Source: Lytechinus pictus (Eukaryota). Taken from it: a stretch of DNA of 64,000 nucleotides. Location of the stretch: assembly GCF_037042905.1 (NCBI RefSeq), contig NC_087246.1:6262001-6326000 (forward strand), in the 5' to 3' direction. A program made the translations under genes and the position numbers. Positions 38,241 through 51,012 of the stretch are shown piece after piece. The notes below the pieces were generated by a model. That model did not search any database. It saw only the letters and a list, made by a program, of their open reading frames with translations, and was not told where the DNA came from. The stretch's first letter is position 1. Each line of letters begins with the position of its first letter.

Positions 38241-40439
38241 GTTACCACAAACAGAACAGAAAGGTACAAAACTGCACCTGTAAAGGTGCTTAAAGACAAG
38301 AATGGTGCACAGTTGCACCACTTACTCCCGATATCATGGATATGGCATTGGCCTGTACCATTACTAGAAAGTGTAGTGGTATTTCTTTATTATAGTGTAA
38401 CTGCAGACTAACTGCATTGAAGAAACAACTTTTCTGGGGGAGATAAACGAAGTAATTTTTTACTGTAGATTTTTTTGTCGATTTCGTCAGATAGAAAAAA
38501 ATATTTCATGATTATGTAGGGTGGTCAACTGATAAAAAACGGGTGAATAATTATTTCAATATTATATATCTGTACAGGTTATCTTGCATAACTATACAAA
38601 AAAAAACCAAGGGGTAAATGTAATCATTCAAAATATAGTTGCATATGCCCTGATGATTATGATAACACATTCCACGATTTTGTAACACTATAAACAGGGA
38701 AGTGTATGTATATGACTTAATTTCTACATATCTCGGTATAACACAATATGGATTATCAATAGAAACATCTCGTGATCATGCATTGCTAGTGGAGATACAG
38801 GTTTACTCTCCCCGGAGTCTCTGGGGAGTGTGATGACAGTGATCCGATGGCTCGATATGCAGTGATTCCTCATTTCATGACTTGCTCATCAATATTATCT
38901 TATAACCATGTAAAGAAAGGACGTACCCCCCTCTCTCTCCCCCTCCTCCCCCTCTCTCTCTATCTCTCTCTATCTCCCAATCTCTCTCTCTCTCTCATGC
39001 CAATGCGAAGCTTTAATTGGAAATTGAATTAGTTTTGGAGACTTACATCCGGTAATCATCTATATTGGAATCCAGAAGATCATGGTCTAATTTGTACCAT
39101 CTCATTCATATATAAAAAACCAAATAACAATACCATGATGGTATAATTGATCTCATACGTATACATAGCAATCAGCAATATTGCTATGATCGCATAGACA
39201 TTGCATTCATGAGAGTTGAGGAAAAGGGACAAAGAATTGTACTACCGTATATCAGATTCCTCTATTTACAGAAGATATCAACATTTGAATAAAATCAAAT
39301 TCACATGGGAATTGTTTGTCATCGTTGGGTGTATCATGATCAAAACAATATGACAGTGTGCTGGTTTTCATTAAGATTATACTGGATGCATGAGCGTGAT
39401 ATCATTTATTCAGATTTAAAGTTATTACCAGTATGATGACGTCATAGGGGTGTAATGCATGATTGAGACTATAGAAGTAAACCAATGATGTACCATATTC
39501 TAATATTGCTTTAGCCAACGAAAGCGTCTTGTTCGGGGTTTTTTTCGATTGAAGTATCTTAATTCATGAAATGGGGTGTAGGACAATACAATATACATAA
39601 TTAATGTCATTAGTGGAATGAAAGCTATTCTGAATCCAAAAAAAAAAAAAGATAACTTCAGAAACAAAAATATCATCATGGTAGGATTTTACACAAGCGT
39701 CATCTATGACATGTTAGACAAGAAGAGGTCGTATAGCTTAGATGTTGAAAGTACATCGACCCATGGGAATTATTTCATATCTAACGATGATAGCATTTAA
39801 CAATATAAATCATATTTATCATAAATGGTAAAATAAGCTAATATGAGGGAGTTTTTTAAAGCACTACGAGGACGAGTTCTAGAACGCGGATAATCTATTG
39901 TCAAAAGTAATTCATAACGAAGGAGTCTTTGTCGAAAATCGGTAAATCGAGACAGCAGTTTTGTCCCTGACTCTGGACAAACGACAAATTTTCCATTATT
40001 CGTCAGCTCCGAATCTTAGGACGCCTTAAGTATCAGAATCTACGCTTTTCAAAAATCACCATTAAATTGGCGATAGATATAGACTCGGTGGTAGGTGAAC
40101 CTTATTATCTTATCTGTCATATTATTATTACCATCACTTTTATAAGTGAGTACTACCAACAGATCTACATATTTTCATCATTGTTACCATAGGTGGCGGT
40201 TGCGAAAAGAAGAGTTGCGTTTTCACCTGATGGAGAATGAGCCCGCATATTATGTGGGCTCGACTCTATGGAAAACATGTGTAATAGCAATCTCACAGAC
40301 CACAACGGGTTCTCTGGGTTAAACGCAACTAGAAAAATCAAGCTCAAGTCCCTAATATTCAATGGTTGAAAGTAAAGTTGAGTTCGATTTCTGGAATTGC
40401 TTTTGATTGCAACTCTTTCAGGAACGGGCCCTGACCAAG

Positions 40440-41233
40440 TGTTTGTTTCATAAAGCTGTTCGGAAGTCAAGAGCGACTTTAAGAACGACTGGTGAACCTT
40501 TCTCACGCGCTAAATAATCACCAATGAACATTTAATGGTGAATATCATTTACCACAAGAAAGGATCACCAGTCGTTCTTATAGTCACTTTTAATTAAAGG
40601 ACAAGTCCACCCCAACAAAAAGTTTGTTTGAATAAAAAGGGGAAAATCCAACAAAAATAACAGGAAATTTCATCAAAATCGGATGTAAAATAAGAAAGTT
40701 ATGACATTTTAAAATTTTGCTTAATTTCACAAAACAGTCATATGCACATCCTGATCGGTATGCAAATAAAGTGACCGATGACGTCATCCACTCACTATTT
40801 CTTTTGTATTTGATTATATGAAGTATGAAATATTCTAATTTTCTCCTCATTGTCAAGTGAAACAAGGATTAATTCCTCCCTGAACATGTGGAATTAGCAT
40901 TGTTTATGACTATATGGTTCAGTCAAGTTGGTCCTTATTGTCAAATCTGTAAAAAATGAAATATTGTATTATTCAAACAATAAAAAACAAAGGAAATAGT
41001 GAGTGAGGGTCATCATCGACTGTCTCATTTGCATGTCACTGAGTTGTGCATATCACTGTTTTGTGAAAAATAAGCGAAACTTTTAGATGTTATACTCTCT
41101 TATTTTACATCCGATTTTGATGAAATTTTCAGCGTTATGCTAGTTTGATTTTTCTCTATTTATTCAAATCAACATTTTTCTTGGGTGGACTTGACCTTCA
41201 AGTTTAATACGAACAGCTTTATGACACGGCCCC
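40440..41233. mobile_element. Palindromic Harbinger-like MITE (family E) interrupted by family D copy 3
   Basis: GTTTCATAAAGCTGTTCG...AAGAACGACTGGTGAACC is mirrored by GGATCACCAGTCGTTCTT and, after the insert, CGAACAGCTTTATGACACGGCCCCC. Confidence 0.7.
40598..41197 (-). mobile_element. Kolobok-type MITE family D, copy 3 (inverted)
   Basis: TTAA-AGGACAAGTCCACCCC ... GGGTGGACTTGACCT-TCAA; reverse complement of 5902-6488. Confidence 0.88.
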
Positions 41234-44200
41234 CGTTTCACAGCCTGCAGGTGATACCACTTAACCACCCCCCCCCCCCTCTTAATCACCTGACCTCTCT
41301 ATAACCCATTGGCTTGGCTTTACTTTCATTGAGACAATCATTCTGTGTTTTAATAACCTTGCTTTCCTGATCAATATTACAATCAAATCATTCTGACTCA
41401 TTCTCATTCAGAGATTTGAAGAATAATAACGCTCTAAATCTAGATTTTGATGAGTCGCCAGTCAATAATCTCATCGTTTTAGTGGCTCTGTGATAGGCTA
41501 TATACGAGGAAAGCAAAAAATACAATGAACTCATTTCAAAACTGCTCCAGATCGCAAACTATTAACCCTACCCAACCGGGTATACCCTGCTATACGTTCA
41601 CGCCTGATTGGGAACGGAACTTAATGACTCCTGCCGCTGAACAAACATTTGTGCCCCAAAACTGTTTTTGGAGAAATCCGAACCATTTTTCGGCGGAAAA
41701 GGAAGCCATGTTTAAAGTCCCATTAATTAGCATTCTCTTCATCAGATGCTGCTTATTGAAGGACAGTGGTTGTAATAAAAATCAAATTTCACACGCGCGT
41801 TTGACGAATGTACATAGAAGTGTAAAAGCCCATTCAAAGAGAGAGAAAAATAGAGAGGAAATAGTTCAAATACACACGAAGGCAGAGATGTGCACTTTCG
41901 TTTAGGCGGTGTCTCGTTCATTTCTGCTCTCAAGGAAAATATGTGTTTAGTCTTTACATGGTAAAGGAACTTTTTGAACTATTGCAGCCTGTTATCAGAT
42001 GAATGGAACATTAATATCAATTTAAATGCTAAATTTCATGATTTAAAATATTCAAATTGGAAATGTACAAGGTTCCCTTCTTGTGACATGAGTATATCGA
42101 TGATCATTTCGTTTCAAATGAAATCAACAATTGTGATGGTATTGGGACATATATTCTCCTTTGGGACGGATTTTGCTTTAACATGCTCTAACATTACCTT
42201 TTGGGCTGCTTCTTCCCGGTTCAAGTTGGACTGTTCAACAAATTTAGTCAAATGCATACACATTTATTTAAGAAGCTAAAGTGCAGGAAATGGGTCCTAC
42301 GAATAGGTACTTGATTGACAGAAAGAGAGAAAGAGGGAGAAGGAAAGAGGGAGAGAGTGGATGAGGGAGCATTGTGTTGATGTATACAAATATTAAAAAG
42401 GACATGTTGGATGCAGGGAGAAAAGATGAAAAATGGAGCGTGAAAATATTTCGCTAAGAGATGGGTGTTTAATGGTGGCAAGCAAACAAGCTTGGTTTAA
42501 ACAAATTGGTTTCTTTACCCTAGATCTACACTGTATTCCAGGCTCATTGATGCAAAAGGATATATTGCCAATCGATATGACTGATTGATCTGGTTGACCG
42601 GGAAAGGAAAACTTTTTAGTCAGAAAGACTGCAAATTACTACATACTTTAAAAAAATGTCTCGAGAACGATGTTTACGAAAACACAATCATCGCCTGTAT
42701 TCAAATTACAAACTCCTACTATAAGATGAATCAAAAATTTGTAAAAGAATTACTGTAAATCGAAGAGAAAAATTGTCGTAATAAACGCATCTCAATGAAC
42801 GTAAACGTCAAATCCAGTACACTCTGAGAAAAAAAAATAAGTAAAATTCACTCCATGATGGTAAATAAAAGGGAAACGTGCATGTTTGCTTCATGGTTAA
42901 ACTGTTACACAACGTCGCGTTAATTTGCTCATTACTTGATGTCATTCTACCCACGTAACTTTTTCTTAGCTATAAACATGTTTAAAATTTGATCATAGAT
43001 ACAAAATGTAAAGCACATACATGTAAAATATCATATCAGACATATACTTCTTCCAGAAGTATTTTAAAAAGTCAGTCTCAGTCAACGCCATCTGTGATAG
43101 GAAAGAGGAAAAGGCAGAAGTAAAACTGCTATGTTTGATCATTGTAATAAAAGAATAAACTCAAATGTTGTCAAAGAAATCCATAGTTAAGGAAGATATG
43201 GAATACATCAAACAATGTAGGCCTGTAGTGTTACAACATTTGTCAAAAAAAATATATACAAGAAGAAAGGAATTTGTGGAATCATAATAGAGAAATTGCG
43301 ACAGATCAAAGCAAAAACTCAACTTTTGTAAAGCGATAAGTATCTTCATTTCCAGAGTCACGACTGTCTGTAACCCCTTTTGATCAAAGTGTTAATCGGT
43401 CAAGAACTCTCCTCATGAAAACGGACCATGTCCAGCAAATAGATTTAGCCATTCACAGGTAACTCACCTCAAAATGGCTCACACATATTCTCTATAAAAT
43501 CCACAGATTTCCACATTCTTAACATGTAATACAGTCGGAAAACGTCTGCTAGATTCAGGCCGTGCAATCAGCGTAATTAAGATTCGAAACGGAGTTGAAG
43601 TGAGCGTCAAATAAAGCAGTGGTCCAAGTCGGATATTGCACAAACGGAATTTGATTTACACTGCAATTAAGATGGGACGTGGATAAACTAAAGGGCATAC
43701 GGGTAAATTTTTGATGAATTCCTTTCTGCGTGAGTCTCGGATAAGCCCTATATTCAGAACTTTCCTGATCGCATCTCATTGTCATCTATCCAAAATATAT
43801 TTTAATAGATTCAATAAGAATATTGATACATAAAACACAACAGATCAACATCGCCATATTCCATTTACATACTTAGCATACCACTTAATATTGAATGTGC
43901 ATGCAAATTAGTCTGTATCATTTTGATGTAAACCATCCACGTAGGATGGTCACGAATTATATAAATAAAATGCCGACTATTGGTGATCCACTAAGACAGT
44001 ACTCATTTAAAGTTCTCTCTTTACATTCAGGATGGCAATTGAGGCATTACCAAATCAACAACTGATTTTATGAGATAAAAGAAAAACAGTAAATTGCAAA
44101 GTCAGTGTAGTCATATTAGTATATAAGATTTTGTAAATAACAAGGTTACTATAATTAAATTAACACATCACCTCAAACTAATTTTTTTAATTCCCTATTA

Positions 44201-47200
44201 GAATTGTTTCACTTCTCCCACATCGTTCACACGACAAGACTAAAGTAAAGATATGTTTTCAAATCAGAAAGGATGCATTTTAAATGTTCCCATCTAAAAT
44301 GATATTACAGGGAATAGACTCGTGAGTCACTGACCAACAAATCAACCTTCCTAGCTTTAAAAGGGTCGATTGGAATTGTTTTTATATCCGAAAAAGATTC
44401 AACGAGGTAAAGTGAAGGACAAAGATTTACAATATCCTCTCACCATACCCACTCCACTGTTCTTTTTTCTTTGTTTCTGTTGGTTCCGCTCTTTTATCCC
44501 TTTTCCCTTCATCTCTATTTTTTTTAATTTCCTTCTTTTTATCCTTTGTCCTGTACACCAGCCTATTTCGCCTCCTCATTTCTTATCCTTCTTTCTTTCA
44601 TATTGTTATTGTTCTTTTTCTTTTTCGCTCTTTCATCACTTACTTCTCTTCAACATTTCTTTTCTTTTTTACATTTTTCTGTATATCTTTCCTTTACCCA
44701 TCTATCATTTATCAATTTGGTATCCTCATCTTCTAATGCTTTATTCGTCACATAGGAAAGTATACTTATATTCATATAACCATTTATACGCAAAGGTGTA
44801 TGTTTTCATCATTTATTTCACAAATCTCGACTTCGCAGATGCTTCAATTTTCTCTGCTTATCTTTTCACAACTGTACCCATTTCTCATTCGCATCGTCCT
44901 CGTATAGTCCCATCTACATAACAAAACTGTTTTCAGACTGGTTATTCTTTCTTTCACTTATCGAAAGCATTTCTTTCGCATTGTAATTCTGAAGCAATAT
45001 AGAACTGTTGGCAGGTGCCGTGGTGGTCATAAATATACAACTAAAACATGATAACAGGGTAAATATAGAACATCATAGCGATTATTCTCCTGCTGAGGAT
45101 TTATTATACTTGCATATAAATCATTCATCAAAGTATTGACTTTACACCCTCTTATACGAGAACTGATTCATTCTAATTGATGTCCACGCCTGTTTCGATT
45201 ATAATTTTCATGATTATAGAAATGTCAACTCGAAGTGGACGCGGAATATGTGTATAGATGAGTAATATCAATGCAATCTGATAATTAGGGAACATTATCA
45301 TTTATGATGGACCAATGAAGTTGGCATCCTATCATGATCGCAAATATTGGCCACAGTTGGTTTAAGCATGGACCTATATGGTTTAAGTGCTGTTAAAAGT
45401 AAATTGAAGGCCTGTCTTTATACAACCTAAACATGTTAACTAAGGGATTTTGAAGGTTTACAAAGTATGTTTTGTTGATTCCTACAATGGACCGAAATGC
45501 TCAATCTTAATTGTTTATATTTGAAATTAACTTTGCTCTCATTCGAGCATTATTATGTTATAATTCCGAAATCACAACTTTGTTAAATGCAGAGAAGAGT
45601 GAATAGTAAACAGATAAGAGGCGTGTGTCACTTACGAAACATAACATAACAGTCATGACAGTATATCTCTTTTTTGTGTAAATAATTCATTCTTTAAAAA
45701 AGGACCGTTCTGCATTTCATTAGGCTCCTTCTAAATTTGGCTCTTTACAAATGTAAAAACATCCATCAATAGTGTTCACAATTTTTGCATGAACTGCTTC
45801 TAAATTCTGTTTTGCCAAATACATTGATAATAAACAGTATATAAATGGAATGGTAAAGAGAAGGAAATGAATTAAAATCCAGAAGTGTAGAACAGATTTT
45901 GTGATTTACAGCTCCCCTTTCTAGTCGATTAACGTCGCTTTCACTCTAATAAACATTGCTATAAATCGCAGTTTAACAGTAAATAAAGCATACATTAGGT
46001 CGAGCTAATAATTGTCAGTGGTTGAGGAGAAAAGGGCTTCAAAAACTCATATGCAGTTTGAATTACATTTTGGTCATGTGATGTATCATATACGCGAGTA
46101 TCCTGCAGATATTTCAATAAGTATGGTATTTAGGAATAGATCATTGTTCATTATTTTCATTGATCATTTTATTCATCTTAATAGGACCCCATTTCCCGTC
46201 TCTCTCTTCAGCCTTTCATTAAACTGTTTCCTTCAACCCTTCACACATTCTTGGTTTTGACTCTCTGTGGCTGTCACTCTCAGTCTATCTTACAGCTTCA
46301 TTTTTTCAACCAATACATCTGTCCTTCTTTCGCGCGCACATCGGGTAAAATGAAAACGCTTACCGTAAAAGAAAAACGTTATACGATTGATTAAGTATTC
46401 GTTAAACTATAGATGAGTTGATTTGCATATTTTTATGGATATTAAAACACATTCCTTCTTGCATTCTATTAATTTGCATATAAAAATAAATACCTGGGAT
46501 TCCTGGGAATATACTTTATTTTAAGAAAAAAATAGAAAAGTTTTAAAGCCGAGTATCGGTGCACTTCTTAGAATAGACCCGTGTCCCATTTTATTCAAGT
46601 GGTATCTTTATTCGCATTTCTTTCTTAAAGGTCACGTGACTTTCCTCGACACTAATATCCGTCTATAAAGTCTACCTAAAGCATCTAAATGATAAACTAT
46701 TCTATATATGTCAAGGTTGTACTAGATTTCAAATTACAACTTTTCTTCCAAAAATATGTAACAATTCGACATCGCTCCACTTCCATTCATTAAAAAAAAT
46801 CTTATATTATCCAATCTCCTTCCTCGATAGTACAGAACCATTTCGATTTTACGAGGAGAGGTTCCAATTTTAATCACAGCTTAGGAAGTGTCGTTGAGAA
46901 TATGAATCTAAAGATCGATCCGTGTTTAATAAACGTTACCACGACATGGACGGTATTAATAACGTTTATCTTGCCAGGCAGAAAGATCAATATCATCCAT
47001 GATTTCTTACACTTGAGAAATTTTCTTCCCCTTCATATTACTACCAATCAATTCCTCATGTACACAAATCATGCCTACACGTGTTAAGAATGGTGTCCGT
47101 TGAAGGCCGGTATCTACTACACTTCTTGATTAAACGGAAATGTAAAGGAAATCTTAATATTAAAAGACTGATATTTCTGGTATAGAAAACGTGCTTCTTT

Positions 47201-48092
47201 GTTATTTCACGTTACACGATAAAAATGAGCAATGGACTGGAAAATAATGACGCCTCAAAATACTCTTATTTTAAATGCAATGCTCTGTTATGTCTCAAGA
47301 TGTTAAGTAGTTAAGCAAAATACCATGCACTTTGAAGGCATGTTGATACTAAACAGCTATAGGTGATATGCACTTCCAATAGAAGGTGGACTATAGTCAT
47401 TAGAAGTTGGGATGGGGCCATATTGTACAGCTTCAGCGCTTGTAAATGTATAATTGCAATATATAGTAAATTTGAAACTTGATATAAAGACTATCATACA
47501 TATCTGTTCTAAGGAGAGTGTACATCAAAACCAGTAAGTATTGCATGAGTTATCATTAACACAGACCAAATATGTAAAGATAAGAAAGACTTGTCTTGTT
47601 TGAAGAAGTAAAATCACGTAATATAGCACAAAAATAAGTTGCCGGATTGGAAGATATGATCTGCTTTTAGGGTTATAAGATACCCTGAACAATCATAGCA
47701 AACTGATGATAGTCATCGTGTGTAAATTGTCGAGGCCGAAAGTTGACGAAAGGCTGGCATCGTGTTCCGTCAACGAACCGATGCTATTCGTCATGCATCC
47801 TATCGGAGAAAGATTAACGTCTCACCAATCGGTAATGGATATAAACAAACCCAACTTTCAGAGCGAAATTAATGTAAACGGTGGCGCCAAGCGCTCTGAT
47901 CTCGCTTTCTTGTTCCCGATAATTGTCTGTTTTCTCCTTTCTCCTCTTTTTTAACAATTCCTTTTCACCAAAGTGTGAAGTGTGTAAGCCGCTAATCAAG
48001 AGTGCGTTTCTTCTTCTTTTAGAATAGAATATCTTATGGGGTTTCTATATTGCTATTTAGTCCGATAGTGATATTCGGGAGTGATATTTTAA

Positions 48093-48189
48093 TGATATTT
48101 GACTGGCCTTGAGGGGAACATCAAATGTTGCTGCAACAGAATCATATTGGCCCGAGTCTTTAGACGAGGGCAATTATGGTTCTCTTAAG
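48093..48189 (-). mobile_element. Family F hairpin fragment
   Basis: GACTGGCCTTGAGGGGAACATCAAAT...GGCCCGAGTCTTTAGACGAGGGCAA matches 30865-30958; similarity stops at TTAA 48185-48188. Confidence 0.8.
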
Positions 48190-49819
48190 TATACATTAGA
48201 CAAAATATCTTAATCGGGCTGGACCAATTTAATCAGTCCAGAAGTGAGAACCAAAGACATGTCTACTTACCTTGACCATCGATCTAAAGGTCCTTTTAAA
48301 CCACTTGACCGTGATATACATGTAAATAAATAAAGTTACCTCTGCGCATCGGAAATCAAATTTATTACCTCTTCCCGTCATCCTCGATGTAAACGATTTA
48401 AGGAAATGAACTTGTTGAAAAGTAATCATTTTATTCGAATTCTAAGGTCGTATGAGGCAAGTAACGCTTAAAGTATTTAGCATGAAAAAATATATATCAA
48501 TCTTTCTTTGGGTTCAGTTGGGTTCTATTTGTGTAAGAAAAGTAAGAAATGCATACTAATGCTCCTGATATACGCATTTATTTTTACTGCATATCAACTG
48601 TCATTAGTATGTTTGACCTTATAAGGATAACATGATAGATCACATGAACCTACCAAAGAAATCTATTTTAGAAAGAAAACACCAAAATCAAATTCAAATT
48701 GATCCACTCCACTAATTCTTTGTCCCATTACAAATACAATGCAGTACCATTGGTGAATGTTTTATGTGAGCTTACTTCAGTGGCGTGAACACTCCCTAAT
48801 TCAAGACACGCCACCTACTGTTTAAACAAAAACTCCCTGATAAAAGTTTGACTATCCCAAATAGTAGTGATGTCATACTCCTCAGATCGTGAGCCGAGGT
48901 TTTCCTTTTCTTTTATTATTATTTTTTGTTATTTACCCAGGATCACAATAAATTTTCGTTTGAAATAAAAAAAGAAATCATGCTAGATATATCAATGTTC
49001 ATATCATCATTTGGGATAAATAATAGATAATAAGAGATATACCCGATATTTGGAAAAACAATATTTATATATACTTACCGAGGGTCTGATATTGAGTTTT
49101 CTTTTATACATATTTGAAAAGAATGTGTTCTGATAATATTGTTCGACATTTGGTATATCACTTTTTCCGTATACATGATATAGACGCATTTTTGAAATAT
49201 TTTGTCCTTGTATTCTAATAATTAACGCAATATTTTCAACACTTTATGAAGAAACATGTTAACCATGTTAACAAAATGAATGATATTTATGAATGATAAT
49301 TGAAAAAAAAAAGATCAATCTTAATCTTTGTGGTGACATCGTGACCTAATGACCTCTGACCTTCGAAGAAAGGATTACACACATAACGATTATTGTGCAT
49401 AAACATTTGTCTTGGGAGATGTAGAAGCTGATAGCGTCGTGTTTCATCCGATCTCTCTAGCTCATCAGACCAATTGATGAGGGATGTGCTAAGATTAGGG
49501 GTTGGTAAAGAGATAGTAATACGTAGACAAGCTCTAGGGTAATACAGCTATTACGAGGGGTTAGGGTAAGGAGACGATTGAAATGGGTGAAGGGGGAAAG
49601 CGGGAAAACGATGGACAGCTATAGGAGCTGGAGAATAAAGGGAAGGGAGTGGCTAAGGAAAATGGAGAAGTTATTTAGGATGAAGAGAATCTCTAAAGAA
49701 TCTTACATTTCTGAGATTGGTGGGAGTCGCGAGGAAGTGAGATAATCTGTTTCATTACCAAATATCAAAGATAAGTATGGAAATTAAGACTACTAGGTCA
49801 GTTTAGGGTATATTAAGTA

Positions 49820-49904
49820 ATCTTTCTTGGTTGATTGTAGCTCTGAAAAGAACAGTTGATCGAAATTTCGACCAGTACACTCTGGTCTTCAATTAGGACA
49901 ACCG
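49820..49904 (-). mobile_element. Penelope-like pLTR relic with decayed minimal hammerhead ribozyme
   Basis: Minus strand reads CGGTTGTC-CTAATTGA-A-GACCAG-AGTGTA-CTGGTC-GAAA-TT-TC-GATCAACTG: type I hammerhead topology with a mutated CUGANGA box. Confidence 0.5.
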
Positions 49905-50782
49905 GGACTATTATGTTGAAAACTGTTAAATCTCTCCACCGTGAAAACATTTTTTTTTAATCAAGACGGAGTTTATAATCATGGCAAAATACAAATAACA
50001 GTGCAACTGAGATTATTGTGAACAACAACTAAATTAATAGTGGAATATGATGTTTTCCAGGGGACCAACCCTCAAGGAATGAGCCAAGCCTTGACTGCCA
50101 AGGTAACAAGTTAAAAAGCAAATCTGTTCATCATGTATACATGACATTGTGCATTAATTATCATTCAGATTGATGTCAAGTAAAATTGAATACACAAAGT
50201 AGGGAGATGATTGTGGAGGAGTGTGAAGGAAAGTCAAACACCTTTGCGTCACATGATCTCGGCTAGGATGATTGAATAGGATGAGCTTAAGATGAGCCAT
50301 GTCGCTATAATCACTAGCCGAGTTTACACAGGTGATTTCTACTCTTGATACAGAACAGATCGGTACATGATCGGATGAGCGGTGAGAGTGGAAGGGAAGG
50401 GTGATCATGGTGGAGATGGTGGGGATGTGATAGTGATGATGAAAAAGGAGGAGAGTATTTCATTTGGCTGAACAACCACTTTCGGATAAACCAAAGAGGA
50501 TGAATAAAGAATGATGGAGTCAGATTCATGCGAGGGATAGACGAAAACAGGACATAGGTAAATACGGGCCTGTACGAGGGGAGGGGGGGGGGGGGGGAGG
50601 GGATGAAAAAGGGACAATGTGAATGAAGGGGGAGGGGGATAGATGAAGAATAAAAGAGGACAGCAGGATTCCAGTATGAAATATCTCCAAGATCAGCGCA
50701 AAGAATAAAAATGTCAGAAGAAAACGCCCCTTCAGCTCAACTTGGCACCTTCTTTTGTTTTAAAGGTTCTTAACCTGCTCTA

Positions 50783-51012
50783 CACTGTTTAAAAGAATTT
50801 AAACAACGCTGACAACTTTGTGAATCGCACAGCAGTCGTTCAAACAATTTAAACAAGTGTTTAAAATCTTAAACAACCATGATTTAATTATCGATAATTA
50901 AATATTTGAATTTAAACTTTGTTGTTTAAGATTTTAAACACTTGGTAAGATGTTTAAACAACTTCTGTGCGATTCACATAGCAAACAGCGTTGTTAAATC
51001 ATTTTAAAAGTG
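50783..51012. mobile_element. CAC...GTG palindromic MITE with TA duplication
   Basis: TA-CACTGTTTAAAA ... TTTTAAAAGTG-TA; inner inverted repeats TGTGAATCGCACAG / CTGTGCGATTCACA and TGTTTAAAATCTTAAACAAC / GTTGTTTAAGATTTTAAACA. Confidence 0.8.

Noticed and set aside
39620-40030. Protein-like short reading frames
   Set aside because: Frequent stops and frame changes with no recognisable family.
44370-44921. 183-aa hydrophobic ORF
   Set aside because: Pyrimidine-rich low-complexity DNA giving Phe/Leu/Ser bias; no domain signature.
47704-47790. CTGATGA...GAAA hammerhead-like pattern
   Set aside because: Weak stem II, no U-H cleavage site after the candidate stem III, no stem I.
49440-49470. Minus-strand CTGATGA...GAAAC
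   Set aside because: Stem II does not pair and no cleavage triplet follows.
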